A program made the position numbers and the translations under genes. A stretch of 64,000 bases of DNA from assembly GCA_963799775.1 (NCBI GenBank), contig CAWCYD010000003.1:224001-288000 (forward strand), written 5' to 3'. Below, one piece after another: positions 20,311 through 31,161 of the stretch. The stretch comes from an uncultured archaeon (GTDB taxonomy: Archaea; Thermoproteota; Nitrososphaeria; Nitrososphaerales; Gagatemarchaeaceae). Position 1 is the stretch's first letter; each line of letters starts with the position of its first letter. A model generated the notes under the pieces. The model saw only the letters and a list, made by a program, of their open reading frames with translations, was not told the DNA's origin and ran no database searches.

Positions 20311-21650
20311 CTAGTCGCTGCTCACCCTAGCCCCGAGCTTCTTGAGGTCTTCCAGGAACGTCGGATACGAGACGTCGAGGCTCTCGACACCGACGATCGG
20401 GGTCCTCCCGGGATCAGCATCGACGCCAGTGAGAAGGCCATGAACATCCTGTGGTCGTCGTGCGCGTCGAGGGCGGCCGGTTCGAGCTTCCCTCTGACGG
20501 GCGCTATCCTCAGTCCGTCGGGCCTCTCCTTCACGCTCGCTCCAAGCTTCGAGAGCTCCTTCGCGACTATCGCGATTCTGTCGGTCTCCTTGAACCTGGC
20601 GTGTGCCGTCCCCACCACCTCCACGGGCGTGTCGCACCTCAGAGCCAGCGCCGCGACGACCGGGAGAAGGTCCGGGGTGTCCCCGAGGTCGAATGACCCG
20701 CCCAGCAGGGTGTCGCCGTCCGAGGAGACGACCAGGCCGTCCTTCTCTTGGGTCACGTTCGCTCCCATCTTCTTGACTATCTCAGTTATCCGAGCGTCTC
20801 CCTGAGGCAGGCTGGCGTCGAGGTTCTCGATTCTCACCCTTCCTCCTATCATCGCGACCGCCGCGATGATGAAGGACGCCGAGCTAAAGTCCGCGGGCAC
20901 GGTGAAGTCCGCGCTCCTGTATTCTTGGCCGGATCTGACCTCGAACTCCGCGTACCCCTTGTTCGAGGCCTTCACTCCAAAGTGCGCCGCGAGCCTCAGC
21001 GTCATCTCGATGTAAGGCCTTGAGACGGCGTCCGCGACCTTGAGCGTCGTGTCTATCTCCGCCATGGGGCTCGAGATGAGGAGCGACGAGACGAACTGCG
21101 AAGAGACGTCCCCCCGGATGGACGCCCTCCCACCTCGCATCCCTCCTGACTTGATTATCACGGGGGCGCACCCGTTCCCCCTGGAGCTCCATCCCTGGAC
21201 CCCAAGCTGCCCTAGGGTGTCCAGGAGGGGCTGCATCGGCCTCCTCCTTATGCTAGAGTCCCCGGTGAGGACGACGAAGCCTTCTGGGGCGAGCGAGAAC
21301 GCGGAGGTCATGAACCTGAGCGTCGTCCCCGAGTTCTCGACGTTGACGACGTCGTCGGGGACCATCGGCTTCGTGCCCTTGATGACTAGCATCCCTTGTC
21401 GCCTCTCCATCTCTGCCCCCATCGCGGCGCAGGCGGACACGGTGGCGTTGGTGTCTCGGGAGAGCAGCGGGTTTCGTATCTTCGAACTTCCCGCCCTCCC
21501 CGCGGACTGCGCCAGGCTCGCGATGAGCACGGCTCTGTGCGTGTAGCTCTTGCTCGGCGGCACCGAGACGCTCCCGCTCAACTTCCCCGCCGCGAGGGCC
21601 CTCGTCGCGTGGACGGAGGCAGCCCTAGCCAACAGAGAGCAGCCTCCCAT
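20311..21650 (-). CDS. aroA: EPSP synthase (frameshift near the C-terminus)
   Basis: PPSKSYTHR, NSGTTLRF, SSQFVSS, RFKETDRI, DDHRM. Confidence 0.95.
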
Positions 21651-22517
21651 GCTCGTTGTTTGTCTCCGTCTCGATCACCGTGCTCCCGTCGCTCTGCCAA
21701 TCTTTCTTGAGGGCCTCCATCTCGGCCTGCCTGGAGGCGTCGAAGACCGCGGCCACCGCCGGCCCGGTCCCCGAGAGCCCCGCCCCCAGCGCGCCGTGTT
21801 CCACAGCGCGGAGCGCAGGAGAGGGGTCGTACTTCAGTATCGACGAATACGTCATCCCGTTCAAGACCATCGCCCTCCAGTAGTCGCCCTTAAGCGTCAT
21901 CTCGAAGAAAAGGTCGGTGAGGAGCCCGAACTTCCTGATGAGCTGGGGCTCGACGCTCTCTCGCCTGCTCTTCGTCCTTGGGATGACGACAAGCACTCTG
22001 AGCTTCTTGTCGAACAGCCTCGAGCTGACCACCTTGCGTGCGAGGTTGTCGGTCATGTTCAGGCCTCCGAGAAGGCAGCCTGAGGCGTCGTCCAGCGCCC
22101 CGGTGATGCTGGCCCCGCTGGCGAGCGAGGCTTGGACGCTGCAGTCGAGGGCCCTCTTGGGGTCGAAGGCCTTCTGCCCGAGGGCGGCGAAGACCGCGAT
22201 GGAGATGGCGGTCGAGGCGGCCGAAGAGGTCTTCAGGCCCACGCCTATGGGCACAGAGGACACAGTCCTCACATTCCCGCTGAAGCCGCCTGGTCCTTCC
22301 CGCTCATCTTTATCGCCAGTCTCACCGTCTCCAATGCGAGGGCCGAGCCGGTCCTCTTGCCGTTGACGCTGACCGACCACTGACCGGGAGAGTCTTCGAG
22401 CTCGACCTCTGCCTCGGTCGGAAGCCTGACGCTCGCCGTCGCTCCCTTGCCGCTAGCTATCGCGTTGACTATGCTTATCGCGCCGAAGGTCGTCGCCTTC
22501 GCCTTCACCACTGTCAC
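21625..22517 (-). CDS. aroK: archaeal shikimate kinase (GHMP family; frameshift near 22300)
   Basis: GAISIVNAIASGKG, PIGVGLKTSSA, ITGALDDA, GLSGTGP. Confidence 0.93.
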
Positions 22518-23390
22518 TTGCTCTTTCGGCCCCCTTTCTTCCGACTCGGAGACTGCCCGCCCTTTAGCGCGGCCACAAGCGCTTCCCTCATCTCGCTCTC
22601 GGGGGCCCCCCTTCCCGTCCAGAGCTTGAAGGCAGCCATCCCTTGGTGCAAGAGCATGTCCTCGCCATGTATGACCTTCGCGCCCGACCGGCGGGCCTCC
22701 ACAAGCAGGCCGGTCTCCTTGGGACGGTAGACGGCGTCGAACACGACCTCGCTTCCCGGAACGATCCGCTTCGCCCCGGAGGGGAGGGCAGCCCCGTCTG
22801 CCCCCATGGGCGAGGCGTTGAATATCAGGTCATGGTTGAGATGATGGAGGTCGCCTCATCGAGGCCAGGGTGAGGTTGAGGCGCGGGAAAGCCTTCTCCA
22901 TGTCCTGCACGAACGACCTCGCGCGCTCGGGGTCGCGGACTGCCACGCCCACGTCGACTATCCCGAGCCTGTTCATGGCCTCGCAGAACGCTCGCGCTGC
23001 ACCGCCCGCCCCTATCAGGAGCGCGTTCCTGACGTAGATGGAGGCAAGCAGCCCGCGGAGCGGCTCCACGATCCCGTCCGGGTCCGTATTGTGCCCGGAG
23101 TACCTCCCGTCCTCCTCGAGCTTCACAGTGTTGACAGCTTGTATCCTCGTCGCGACGGCGTCGAGCTCGTCCAGGAACCGGAGCACGGCCGCCTTGAACG
23201 GGATGGTGACGTTCATCCCCTTGAAGCGGATCGAGATGAGGCGGCGGAACTCCCTCGGGAACGCCTGCTCTGGAACGCTCACCTGCGAGTACTCGGCGTC
23301 GATCGCCAGGGCCTTGAACGCGGCGTTCATCATGGCCGGCGAGGGCGAGCGAGACACGTCCCTCCCCACGATGCAGTAGCGGTCGGTCAT
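22514..23390 (-). CDS. aroE: shikimate dehydrogenase (frameshift near 22850)
   Basis: SPSPAMMN, NVTIPFK, AVNT, GHNTD, GAGGAAR, DAVYRP, MLLHQG. Confidence 0.95.
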
Positions 23391-24087
23391 CCCGCTTCGT
23401 TGGGGACCAGGCCCCTGAACTCAATCATGGTGGAAATCGAGAGCTGGCCAGGCGCGACCGCATCGTTGGGGAGAGCGGCGTAGGCGATTGGAGCCTGCAT
23501 GAACATGGAGAGCAGTCGCGACGAGGCACCCTCCTCGCCCATGCAGAACGCCGTCACCTTCCCCGGGTTCTCCTCGCAGAGCCTCAGTGCGCTGACGTTG
23601 TCCTCGAGCTTTGTTGCCGTCGTCACCACCTTCGCTATCGCCCCGTATTGCAGCTCGTCTTTGCAGCTTCTCCTCAGCTCGCTCAGCGGAGGTGCCCCTT
23701 GAAGTCGTGCCACGAGACGATCCTCTCCACCTTGTTCGGCAGGCTCTTCAGCCACCTCTCGTTGTCGACCGCGGTCCTGAGCTCCACGTCCAGGTAGGCG
23801 GGGAGCATAGTGGCAAGCTCCGAGATCAGGCTCAGGCGCTCGATGTCGCTCCCAGAGAACGCCCCTCCTTCTTGGTTGGTCCTTACGGTCACGACGGAAC
23901 GCGGCGCGAACTTCGCCAGCTTTGTCTTGATGTCCTCAGGCGTCACCCTGCTCATGATGCGGTCTATCCGGAACTCCACCAGGTCCGCGCCTAGATGGAA
24001 CGCATACTCCGTCTTCTGGACCATCTCATCGAGAGAGTCTGCGCTTATCGATGCGCATATCTTGGGCATGACTCGCTTGTTGGCCAT
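23387..24087 (-). CDS. aroD: type I 3-dehydroquinate dehydratase (frameshift near 23700)
   Basis: ADLVEFRID, TVRT..EGG, VSWHDF, MG..SR, APGQ. Confidence 0.93.
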
Positions 24088-24103
24088 CCATCTCTCACTT
24101 GGG

Positions 24104-25120
24104 TCAGCGCTCCAAGATGAACTCGTCTACCTCTCCGCCAAAGTGCCTGGCCTTGCCGTGGGCTGCGACGTGGACGAGTATCTCGTCGCCCGCCTTTGCC
24201 TCGGTGACCGCCACGGGCCTGCCGTCCGGCCTCACGAGGCGGATGGTCTCTGCGTTCTGGATCATGGCCGTGCCTTCGTGCCCATCGCACTCCGCGACCA
24301 CCATCACCAAGGGCCTCCTCTCCATCTTTATCCTCCCGACTGTCGCCTCGCGCCTCTTGCCCGCAAAGTCGACGAGCTGGACCTTGTCCCCGGCCTCCAG
24401 CTCAGAGAGGTATCTCGTCTTCCCGTCCGCTCCCAGGATGTAGCTGTGCAGCGCGCCCGCGTTGACCCTGAACGGCCTCGTGGGTATGTACTCGGTGGGG
24501 ATCGTCTCGCTGTGGACGAGGAAGAAGAAGCTGGCCTTGCTCCCTATGAGCATGCCCTCGCCCAGGGAGAGCTGAGATGCGGTGTCGATGCAGACCCTCT
24601 CCCCGTCACCCACGTCCACGATCCGCTTGACCCTGGCCTTTACGAGCTTGAGCTGGTCGCCGTCGACGTTGGCCATAAGTCTCTTGACGGCCGCCAAGGA
24701 CGAGTAGGGCACCACGACGCCGTCGACCCCCTTCTCGAGGATGGAGAACGCCAACCTGATGTCGCTCTCGCTCTTCATGAATGCGTAGATCTTCCTGTGC
24801 TTCCTCCTGAACTCTCCGATGAGGTTCTCAAGAGGTATGATCTTCCAGTTTGTGCAGTCCACCACGACGAACTTGTGGTCATGCTTCAGGGCTGACTCGA
24901 CCGCCCTGTCCAGGTCCTTGGCGCCCTTGACCTCTATCCACGCAAAGTCCCCTTCTTTCTCCTTGTACTCGCGCATTCCCGACCCCGACGCGGCGCCCAG
25001 AGGCCTCGCGCTCCTGTTGATGACTGCGTTGATGCCGGCCCCCTTGGCCTCCTTCAGAGCTTTCGAGAGGTCTTTTGCTTCCGTGAGGTCGAGGATAATC
25101 TCTTTCTCAGGCTGGAGCAG
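24104..25120 (-). CDS. aroB': 3-dehydroquinate synthase II (AroB')
   Basis: WKIIPLEN, ERVCIDT, GEGMLIGS, RPFRVNAG, IQNAETI; frame open to CTG 25120 after GGAGGT. Confidence 0.93.
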   Translation of the reverse strand: MLQPEKEIILDLTEAKDLSKALKEAKGAGINAVINRSARPLGAASGSGMREYKEKEGDFAWIEVKGAKDLDRAVESALKHDHKFVVVDCTNWKIIPLENLIGEFRRKHRKIYAFMKSESDIRLAFSILEKGVDGVVVPYSSLAAVKRLMANVDGDQLKLVKARVKRIVDVGDGERVCIDTASQLSLGEGMLIGSKASFFFLVHSETIPTEYIPTRPFRVNAGALHSYILGADGKTRYLSELEAGDKVQLVDFAGKRREATVGRIKMERRPLVMVVAECDGHEGTAMIQNAETIRLVRPDGRPVAVTEAKAGDEILVHVAAHGKARHFGGEVDEFILER

Positions 25121-25900
25121 CGCCCATTACCTCCATCGCCTCTTCCACGCTGCCTCCGTCGATCACCACCCGCCTGATCGCCCTGACGATGAGGGTCGGG
25201 TCGCGGTGCTGGAATACGTTCCTCCCGAACGTGACGCCTGCGGCCCCTGCCTCCATGACGTCGCTGGCTAGCTTGAGGATCTCAAGGTCGTTCTCTACCT
25301 TCGCCCCTCCCGCGAGGACGACCGGGACAAGGCACTTCCTCACGACTTCCCTGAAGGTCTCCGGGCTCCCTGTGTAGACCGTCTTGACGATGTCCGCCCC
25401 CGACTCGGCCCCGACCCTCGCCACGTGCGCCACCACCTGCGGGTCCGTGGGTCCTTGATGTTCTCGCCCCTGGGGTACATCATCGCGATCAGCGGGACCT
25501 GGTACTCGTCGCACTCGTCCGCGACCAAGCCGAGCTGTTGGAGCATCTCCGGCTCCTCTTTGGAGCCCATGTTGATGTGGACCGAGATCGCGTCCGCACC
25601 GAGCCTCAATCCCTCCACTACCGAGGAACTGACCATCTTCCTGTTCGGCGCAGGGCTTAGGTTGGTGCTCGAGGAGATGTGCATGATCATCCCGATTGGG
25701 GCTGGCTTCCTCATCGCCTTGATCACTCCCTTGTGGACGAGGAAGGCCGTCGCGCCGCCCTTCGCCACCTTCGCGATCATCTCCTCAGGGCCCTCGAGAC
25801 CTGCGATGGGTCCGACTGTGAAGGAGTGGTCCATGGGGATGCAGAGCATCCTTCCGCCCTTCGTTATCCTGTTGATCCTCACCTGCTTCCCGAACACCAT
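25107..25900 (-). CDS. aroA': 2-amino-3,7-dideoxy-D-threo-hept-6-ulosonate synthase (class I aldolase, AroA'; frameshift near 25445)
   Basis: PMDH, GADAISVHIN, MMYPRG, GADIVKT, GRNVFQH; adjacent to aroB'. Confidence 0.9.
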
Positions 25901-25907
25901 GTCTCCA

Positions 25908-26982
25908 TTACCTCCCCAGGTATCCCTCTCTTTCCATGAGCTCCGCTGTAAGTATTGCCGTCCCGGCCGCTCCACGGATCGTGTTGTGGGAGAGAAGGGT
26001 GAGCTGCAGCGACCTCTCGTCTATCCCGTTCCTGACCCGGCCGACGACGACGCTCATGCCGGGCACGCTCCCCGCCAGCCTGTCGAGGCGCGGCTGGGGC
26101 CTGTCGTTCTCCTTCCTTACGATGATCGGCTGCTGGGGCGCCGTCGGGAGCTTCAGCTTCTGGGGCTCGCCCTTGAACCTCTCCAGAGCCCTCTCGGCAG
26201 ACTTTGGCGAGATCCTCCCCGGGAACTCCGCATAGAGGGTCTCCATGTGCCCGTCGATGACCGCGACCCGGTTGCAGGAGATGCCCATTCTTATCGGGCT
26301 AGGCTTGATCGCGCCGCCGACGAGCTTGCCAAGGATCTTCTTCGCCTCGGCGGCCACCTTCTCCTCCTCGTTCTTGATGTAGGGTATGACGTTCTCCTGT
26401 ATCGCGAGCGAGGGGACTCCCGGATATCCGGCACCTGAGAGGGCCTGCATCGTCGTGACGATGGCCTTCTCGGCGCCGAACTCGTCGATTAGGGGCTTGA
26501 GCACCATGGAGAGGCCCGTGCCCGTGCAGTTCGGCGTCGTCGCTATGGCGCCCTTCCACCCCCTCTTGTTCTTCTGGGACTTTAGAAGGCCCAGGTGCTC
26601 GGCGTTTATCTCGGGTATCATCAGAGGCACGTCTGGGTCCATCCGGTGGGCGCTCGCCTCGCTCACGACCGTGAATCCTGCCTCGGCGAACTTCGACTCG
26701 ACCTCAGCTGCGACCTCCGAAGGCAGCGCAGAGAAGACGACGTCGCATCCCCTCGCGGACTCCGGTCTGGCACGCTGTACGACCTTCGCGGCCATCTCCT
26801 CGTCCATCTCGTCAGGGAACAGCCAGTGCACGGCCTCCCCGTACTTCTTGCCCGCTGACTCGCCTCCCATCAGGCACCTCCAGCCTCAGGTAGGGGTGCC
26901 TGGGGAGCATGTTGATGTAGCGCTGCCCTACTGCGCCCGTCGCGCCCAGCAGGGCGGCCTTGACCTCTCTACGCTTGCTCAT
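25908..26982 (-). CDS. asd: aspartate-semialdehyde dehydrogenase (frameshift near the N-terminus)
   Basis: LLGATGAVGQ, PNCT, QALSGAGYPG, HNTIRGAAG. Confidence 0.95.
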
Positions 26983-28226
26983 CGTGATTGCATCCTTCCT
27001 GGGGCTTGCGGCTCGCTCGCCATCGCCTCCGTCACCAGGCTGTAGGCCCTTTCCGAGTCGTCGTTTGAGACGAAGACCCTGACGGACGAGAGGATCGTCA
27101 CTATGCCGTAGACGTTGATGCCCGTCTTTGCGAGAGGAGTGGTGATCCTCTGGACCACACCGCGCTCCGTCTCGAGCGCCGCCCCCTTGACGGTGATCAT
27201 GGAGAGGTGGGGGAACTCGGAGACGGCCTTGCCTATCTTCTCCTCTATGAGCACATGGTGAACGCTGTCCAGCACGTTCTCGCCCCCGCCCACGTAGAAG
27301 ATGGCCGCGCTCGTCTCGAGCGAGAGGGCCAGCAGGTCGCCTCGAGCCTCTCTCACCGCAGCGACCGCTCGCATGATCGAGTCGGTCTTGGCCGGATTGA
27401 GGCCGACGAGGGTGATCATCGAGACCCCTCCTCGTACGATCTCCACCTGGGCGGGCGAGAGCTCACCCTTGATGACAGTCCCGGAGTCGAGCTTCTCGAG
27501 GCTCGTGACCCTGATCCGGAGTCCGGATGATTGGTATCTGAGGGCCTTTACGTGGAGGAACTTTGCCCCGCCCGCCGCGAGCATCTCAGCTTCCTCGCCG
27601 TTCAGACTCTCGATGAACTGCGGGTTGGTGACCTTGTCGGGGTCGCTCGAGTAGACCCCTTCCACGTCCTTGACCAGTATGACCTCCTTCGCATCCAAGC
27701 AGTTGCCGAGCAGCACGGCCGTCGTGTCGCTCCCTCCTCTGCCCAATGTCGTCGTCTTTCCGCGGATCGTCTTCCCCAGGAAGCCGCAGACGACAGGCAC
27801 GCGTCCCGCCGCCAAAAGAGGCATAATCAGCTGCTGGGCCTTCGCCCTGCTCTCCGCCACGAGCGGGTTCGCGTCTAGATGCTTCTCGTCCGTGATGACG
27901 GGCCAGTACGGAGTATCGGGGTCGACGACGACCGACTGGAGGCCGAACGACGCGAGGGCCGCCGCGACGAGTCTGGCGCTCGTCTTCTCTCCGGACGAGA
28001 GCAGCTCGTCGAGCAGATGGGGCTCGATGCCCGGGTTCTCCTTCTTCGAGAGGGACATTATCTGATCTGTGACGCCCTTCATCGCGGAGACGACCGCGAC
28101 CACCCCGAGCCCCTTGCTCTTCGTCTCTTTGATCAGGGAAGCCACTTGGTTGATGGCCTTCTCGTTCTCGAGAACCGATCCGCCGAACTTGACGACGACG
28201 GTCTCAATCATCTTAGTTGTGCTCAT
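26979..28226 (-). CDS. lysC: aspartate kinase
   Basis: VVKFGGS, VVSAM, TTLGRGGSDTTA, DVEGVYSSDP, ACT-like tail. Confidence 0.95.
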   Translation of the reverse strand: MSTTKMIETVVVKFGGSVLENEKAINQVASLIKETKSKGLGVVAVVSAMKGVTDQIMSLSKKENPGIEPHLLDELLSSGEKTSARLVAAALASFGLQSVVVDPDTPYWPVITDEKHLDANPLVAESRAKAQQLIMPLLAAGRVPVVCGFLGKTIRGKTTTLGRGGSDTTAVLLGNCLDAKEVILVKDVEGVYSSDPDKVTNPQFIESLNGEEAEMLAAGGAKFLHVKALRYQSSGLRIRVTSLEKLDSGTVIKGELSPAQVEIVRGGVSMITLVGLNPAKTDSIMRAVAAVREARGDLLALSLETSAAIFYVGGGENVLDSVHHVLIEEKIGKAVSEFPHLSMITVKGAALETERGVVQRITTPLAKTGINVYGIVTILSSVRVFVSNDDSERAYSLVTEAMASEPQAPGRMQSR

Positions 28227-28274
28227 GGTGCAAGACGCTCCAGCTGATTTTCGCGTAGGAAACTAGAGCGCGAG

Positions 28275-28349
28275 CTAGTAGCGAAAACCGAAGATGGGCT
28301 TCCAATAACCGAGGTTCCCATAAACTGAACCGCCTCTGTGGAGCTCCAT
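28275..28349 (-). CDS. putative aromatic-rich leader peptide of the lysC-asd-aro operon (MELHRGGSVYGNLGYWKPIFGFRY)
   Basis: 24 aa with 3 Tyr, 2 Phe, 1 Trp; TATA-like CATAAATAT ~32 nt upstream; ends 48 nt before the lysC ATG. Confidence 0.6.
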   Translation of the reverse strand: MELHRGGSVYGNLGYWKPIFGFRY

Positions 28350-28563
28350 CTCTTCTTCACTCTCTGGCGCTCGAGAATCGATATTTATGCATTGCTGAGT
28401 TGGAACGGCGCCTTTCCCCTGGCCCACAGGGCATCGCACTGGTTCTCTGGTCTGTCTACCTGGCCGAAAGATTCTTTCGAGAAAAATCATAAACATCACT
28501 TCCGACATATTAAATAGAGGAGGTCGGGGCACCGAAAAATCCTCAGGGTAGGGTACTGGTCGT

Positions 28564-30126
28564 ATGGTTGCCACGCTTGTTTTCTCACCTGTAGCCGGAA
28601 TAATCCTCGGTTTATCGGTGCTCCTCAGCTTCTCCTTCTTCATCTACGGCATCAACACGCTCTATCTTACTCGCAAGGCCCGCGGTTACACCCAGCCGGC
28701 GTTGGCGACGTTGAAGGAAAGGCCCCCCGTTGCGGTGCATCTGCCCGTCTACAACGAGTTCTACGTGGCCGACAGGCTCCTCAACGCCTGCGCCAAGATG
28801 GCCGACCATTACGGGAAGAGTCTGGTGAGAGTCGTCGTGATCGACGACTCGGATGACGAGACGCGCCAGAAGCTCGACGGGCTCGCCTCGGACTACACCT
28901 CCAAGGGGTACAAGGTCGAGCTCCTCCGCAGGGGGACCAGGGCTGGCTTCAAGGCCGGGGCTCTTCAGGCTGCCCTCGAGAAGACGACCGAGCCGTTCGT
29001 CGCCGTCTTCGACGCGGACTTTGCCCCCAGCGAGGACTTCCTCGAGAGGACCGTCCCCTTCATGATCCAAGACGACAAGGTGGGGTTCGTCCAGTGCAGG
29101 TGGACCCACTTCGACAGGGGTTACAACATGATCACCGAGACTCTCGCGATAGGCGTCGACGCCCACTTCCTGCTGGAGCAGCCCGGCAGATGGAGCGGAG
29201 GCTACATGATGAACTTCAACGGGAGCGCAGGTCTCCTCCGGACAGTGGCCATCGTCAGTGCGGGAGGATGGAACGCCGACACCCTCGCAGAAGACCTCGA
29301 CCTCAGCTACCGCATGCAGCTCAACGGTTTCAAGCCGGTCTATCTGAAAGACGTGAAGTTCCCGGCAGAGCTCCCACCGACGATCACGAGCCTGAAGAGA
29401 CAGCAGGGCAGGTGGGCCCGGGGCTCCATCCAGACGGCGCGCAAGGTCTGGCCCACGATATACGCCTCCAAGAAGCTCTCCGTCAGGCAGAAGTTCGAGG
29501 CCTTCGTCCACCTGACGTACTACATGGTCCATCCCCTCATGGTGGCCTCGTTCGTCCTTGCCCTTCTCGCGACCTTCCTCAACGTGAACGTCATCAACTA
29601 CGCGGTCCACGTGACGATCCCGAGCCCTGGGGCGATAGTCGGCTCGCCGGCCGAGGTGACACTGAGCATCGTGCCCTGGGCGATCTTCGCCCTCATGATC
29701 GTCCTCTCGACGCTCTCGGTGCTCTACTACTGCGTGGAGGCTGTGAGGGCCCAGCACATGGGCCTTTTCAAGAACGTCAGGCAGATCATCCTTCTAGTCA
29801 TCCTTGGATATGGGATCAGCGTCAGCAACTCCGTGAGCGCTCTCTCGGGCCTCCTCTCGCCGCAGACCGGAACGTTCCTGAGGACGCCAAAGTACGCCAT
29901 CACCAGCAAGACTGGGACTTGGAAGGAGAAGAAGTACCAACTGACTCTCAACAGGGAGACCGTTTTCGAGATGATCGCCACGGGGGTCGGAATAATCGCG
30001 ATAATCTACGCCATGGCCCTGGGGAACCTTGGGATCCTCCCGATACTTGCGGTCTATGTCACCGGTTACCTGCTGGTGCTCTTCCTGACGCTCTCCCAGT
30101 CTGTCTCCAGACAAAGCGGCAGCTGA
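28564..30126 (+). CDS. GT2 processive glycosyltransferase (cellulose synthase-like)
   Basis: DDS.D, GFKAGAL, FDADF, LAEDLD, QQGRW (D,D,D,QxxRW); C-terminal TMs. Confidence 0.9.
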   Translation: MVATLVFSPVAGIILGLSVLLSFSFFIYGINTLYLTRKARGYTQPALATLKERPPVAVHLPVYNEFYVADRLLNACAKMADHYGKSLVRVVVIDDSDDETRQKLDGLASDYTSKGYKVELLRRGTRAGFKAGALQAALEKTTEPFVAVFDADFAPSEDFLERTVPFMIQDDKVGFVQCRWTHFDRGYNMITETLAIGVDAHFLLEQPGRWSGGYMMNFNGSAGLLRTVAIVSAGGWNADTLAEDLDLSYRMQLNGFKPVYLKDVKFPAELPPTITSLKRQQGRWARGSIQTARKVWPTIYASKKLSVRQKFEAFVHLTYYMVHPLMVASFVLALLATFLNVNVINYAVHVTIPSPGAIVGSPAEVTLSIVPWAIFALMIVLSTLSVLYYCVEAVRAQHMGLFKNVRQIILLVILGYGISVSNSVSALSGLLSPQTGTFLRTPKYAITSKTGTWKEKKYQLTLNRETVFEMIATGVGIIAIIYAMALGNLGILPILAVYVTGYLLVLFLTLSQSVSRQSGS

Positions 30127-30144
30127 GCGAAGGGAAAACGACGC

Positions 30145-31161
30145 TCAGATCCCAGCCGTGGGGATCAGCTTCGCGTTCGTCGTGATCCTGCTCTCGCGCC
30201 GGAGGATGACCACCACGAAGGCGATGATCCAAGGGATGAAGATGAGCTCCCCGATGACAGAGTGGAAGGCCTCGAATGCCTTTGGGTTCGTGATGTTGCT
30301 CATCGCATAGGCGGCGAGCAGCGCCAGCCTGAGGACGTTGACCAGGAACGAGCCGACGACCCCCGCGAGCAGGTAGAGCGCTCCTCGGGTCCAGCCGGTG
30401 CCCACTTTCACGCAGATGGCAAGGACCACAAACAGGCCTATCACGATCCCGTCCAATCCAGCAGAGGGCCAGAAGACCTGGAGGTTCATCGACCCCAGGC
30501 TGTTCTGGAGCATCAGGATGTTCCCCTGGGAGTGCGCCACGCCGGGTGCGAAGAGGTTGAGCACTCCCGAGACGACTTGGAGGACCGGAGGGACGACGTA
30601 CCCGAACGGCCCTAGGGTGTTCTCCGGCAACACGACGTCGATGAAAAGGAAAGAAGCCATCCCGACCGTGTAGATGAGCGGGGTCACGGTCCTGGACCTC
30701 CTGTCAACCATCAAGAGGGCGATGAGGAATACCGACGTGACTGCGTAGTCGATCGCCCAGACCCAGCTGTATTGGACGATAGTCGGGTTTACCCCGAGAT
30801 TCGTCCCGGCCTTGACCAGCCAGTTGAAGACAGAGGGTTGGGCGAAGGTCACGTAATATGCGCCAGCCACGACGAGCGTAGACCAGGCGAGCAAGGCCCC
30901 TCTCTTCTCTCTCAAGGGTGCCAATGACCTGCTGCCTGCCTCGAGGAAGACAAGCGGCACGATTGCGAGCATCGCGGACCTGCCCTGGTTCCAGGTCCTA
31001 GTGAAGCTGTAGGGGTCTGCCAGGAATGCTATCAAGACGAGGACTGCGAAGTAGCCTATGTATGGCATCCCGAGGAGGCGAGAGACGACGCGAGCCAGCG
31101 GCCGCTCTGCCTGTGGACTGGCATCACCTCCCGAGCTCTCTGTTGCAGCCAAGGACTTCAA
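30145..31161 (-). CDS. thaumarchaeosortase (exosortase/archaeosortase family, Ser type)
   Basis: Multi-TM; SWVWAIDY, VFWPSAG (Ser at the usual Cys), VNVLR, FHS. Confidence 0.8.
   Translation of the reverse strand: MKSLAATESSGGDASPQAERPLARVVSRLLGMPYIGYFAVLVLIAFLADPYSFTRTWNQGRSAMLAIVPLVFLEAGSRSLAPLREKRGALLAWSTLVVAGAYYVTFAQPSVFNWLVKAGTNLGVNPTIVQYSWVWAIDYAVTSVFLIALLMVDRRSRTVTPLIYTVGMASFLFIDVVLPENTLGPFGYVVPPVLQVVSGVLNLFAPGVAHSQGNILMLQNSLGSMNLQVFWPSAGLDGIVIGLFVVLAICVKVGTGWTRGALYLLAGVVGSFLVNVLRLALLAAYAMSNITNPKAFEAFHSVIGELIFIPWIIAFVVVILRRESRITTNAKLIPTAGI

Noticed and set aside
28275-28643. 122-aa minus-strand ORF as a full protein
   Set aside because: It overlaps the divergent GT2 start and promoter. 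Only the last 24 codons, downstream of a TATA-like box, are plausible.
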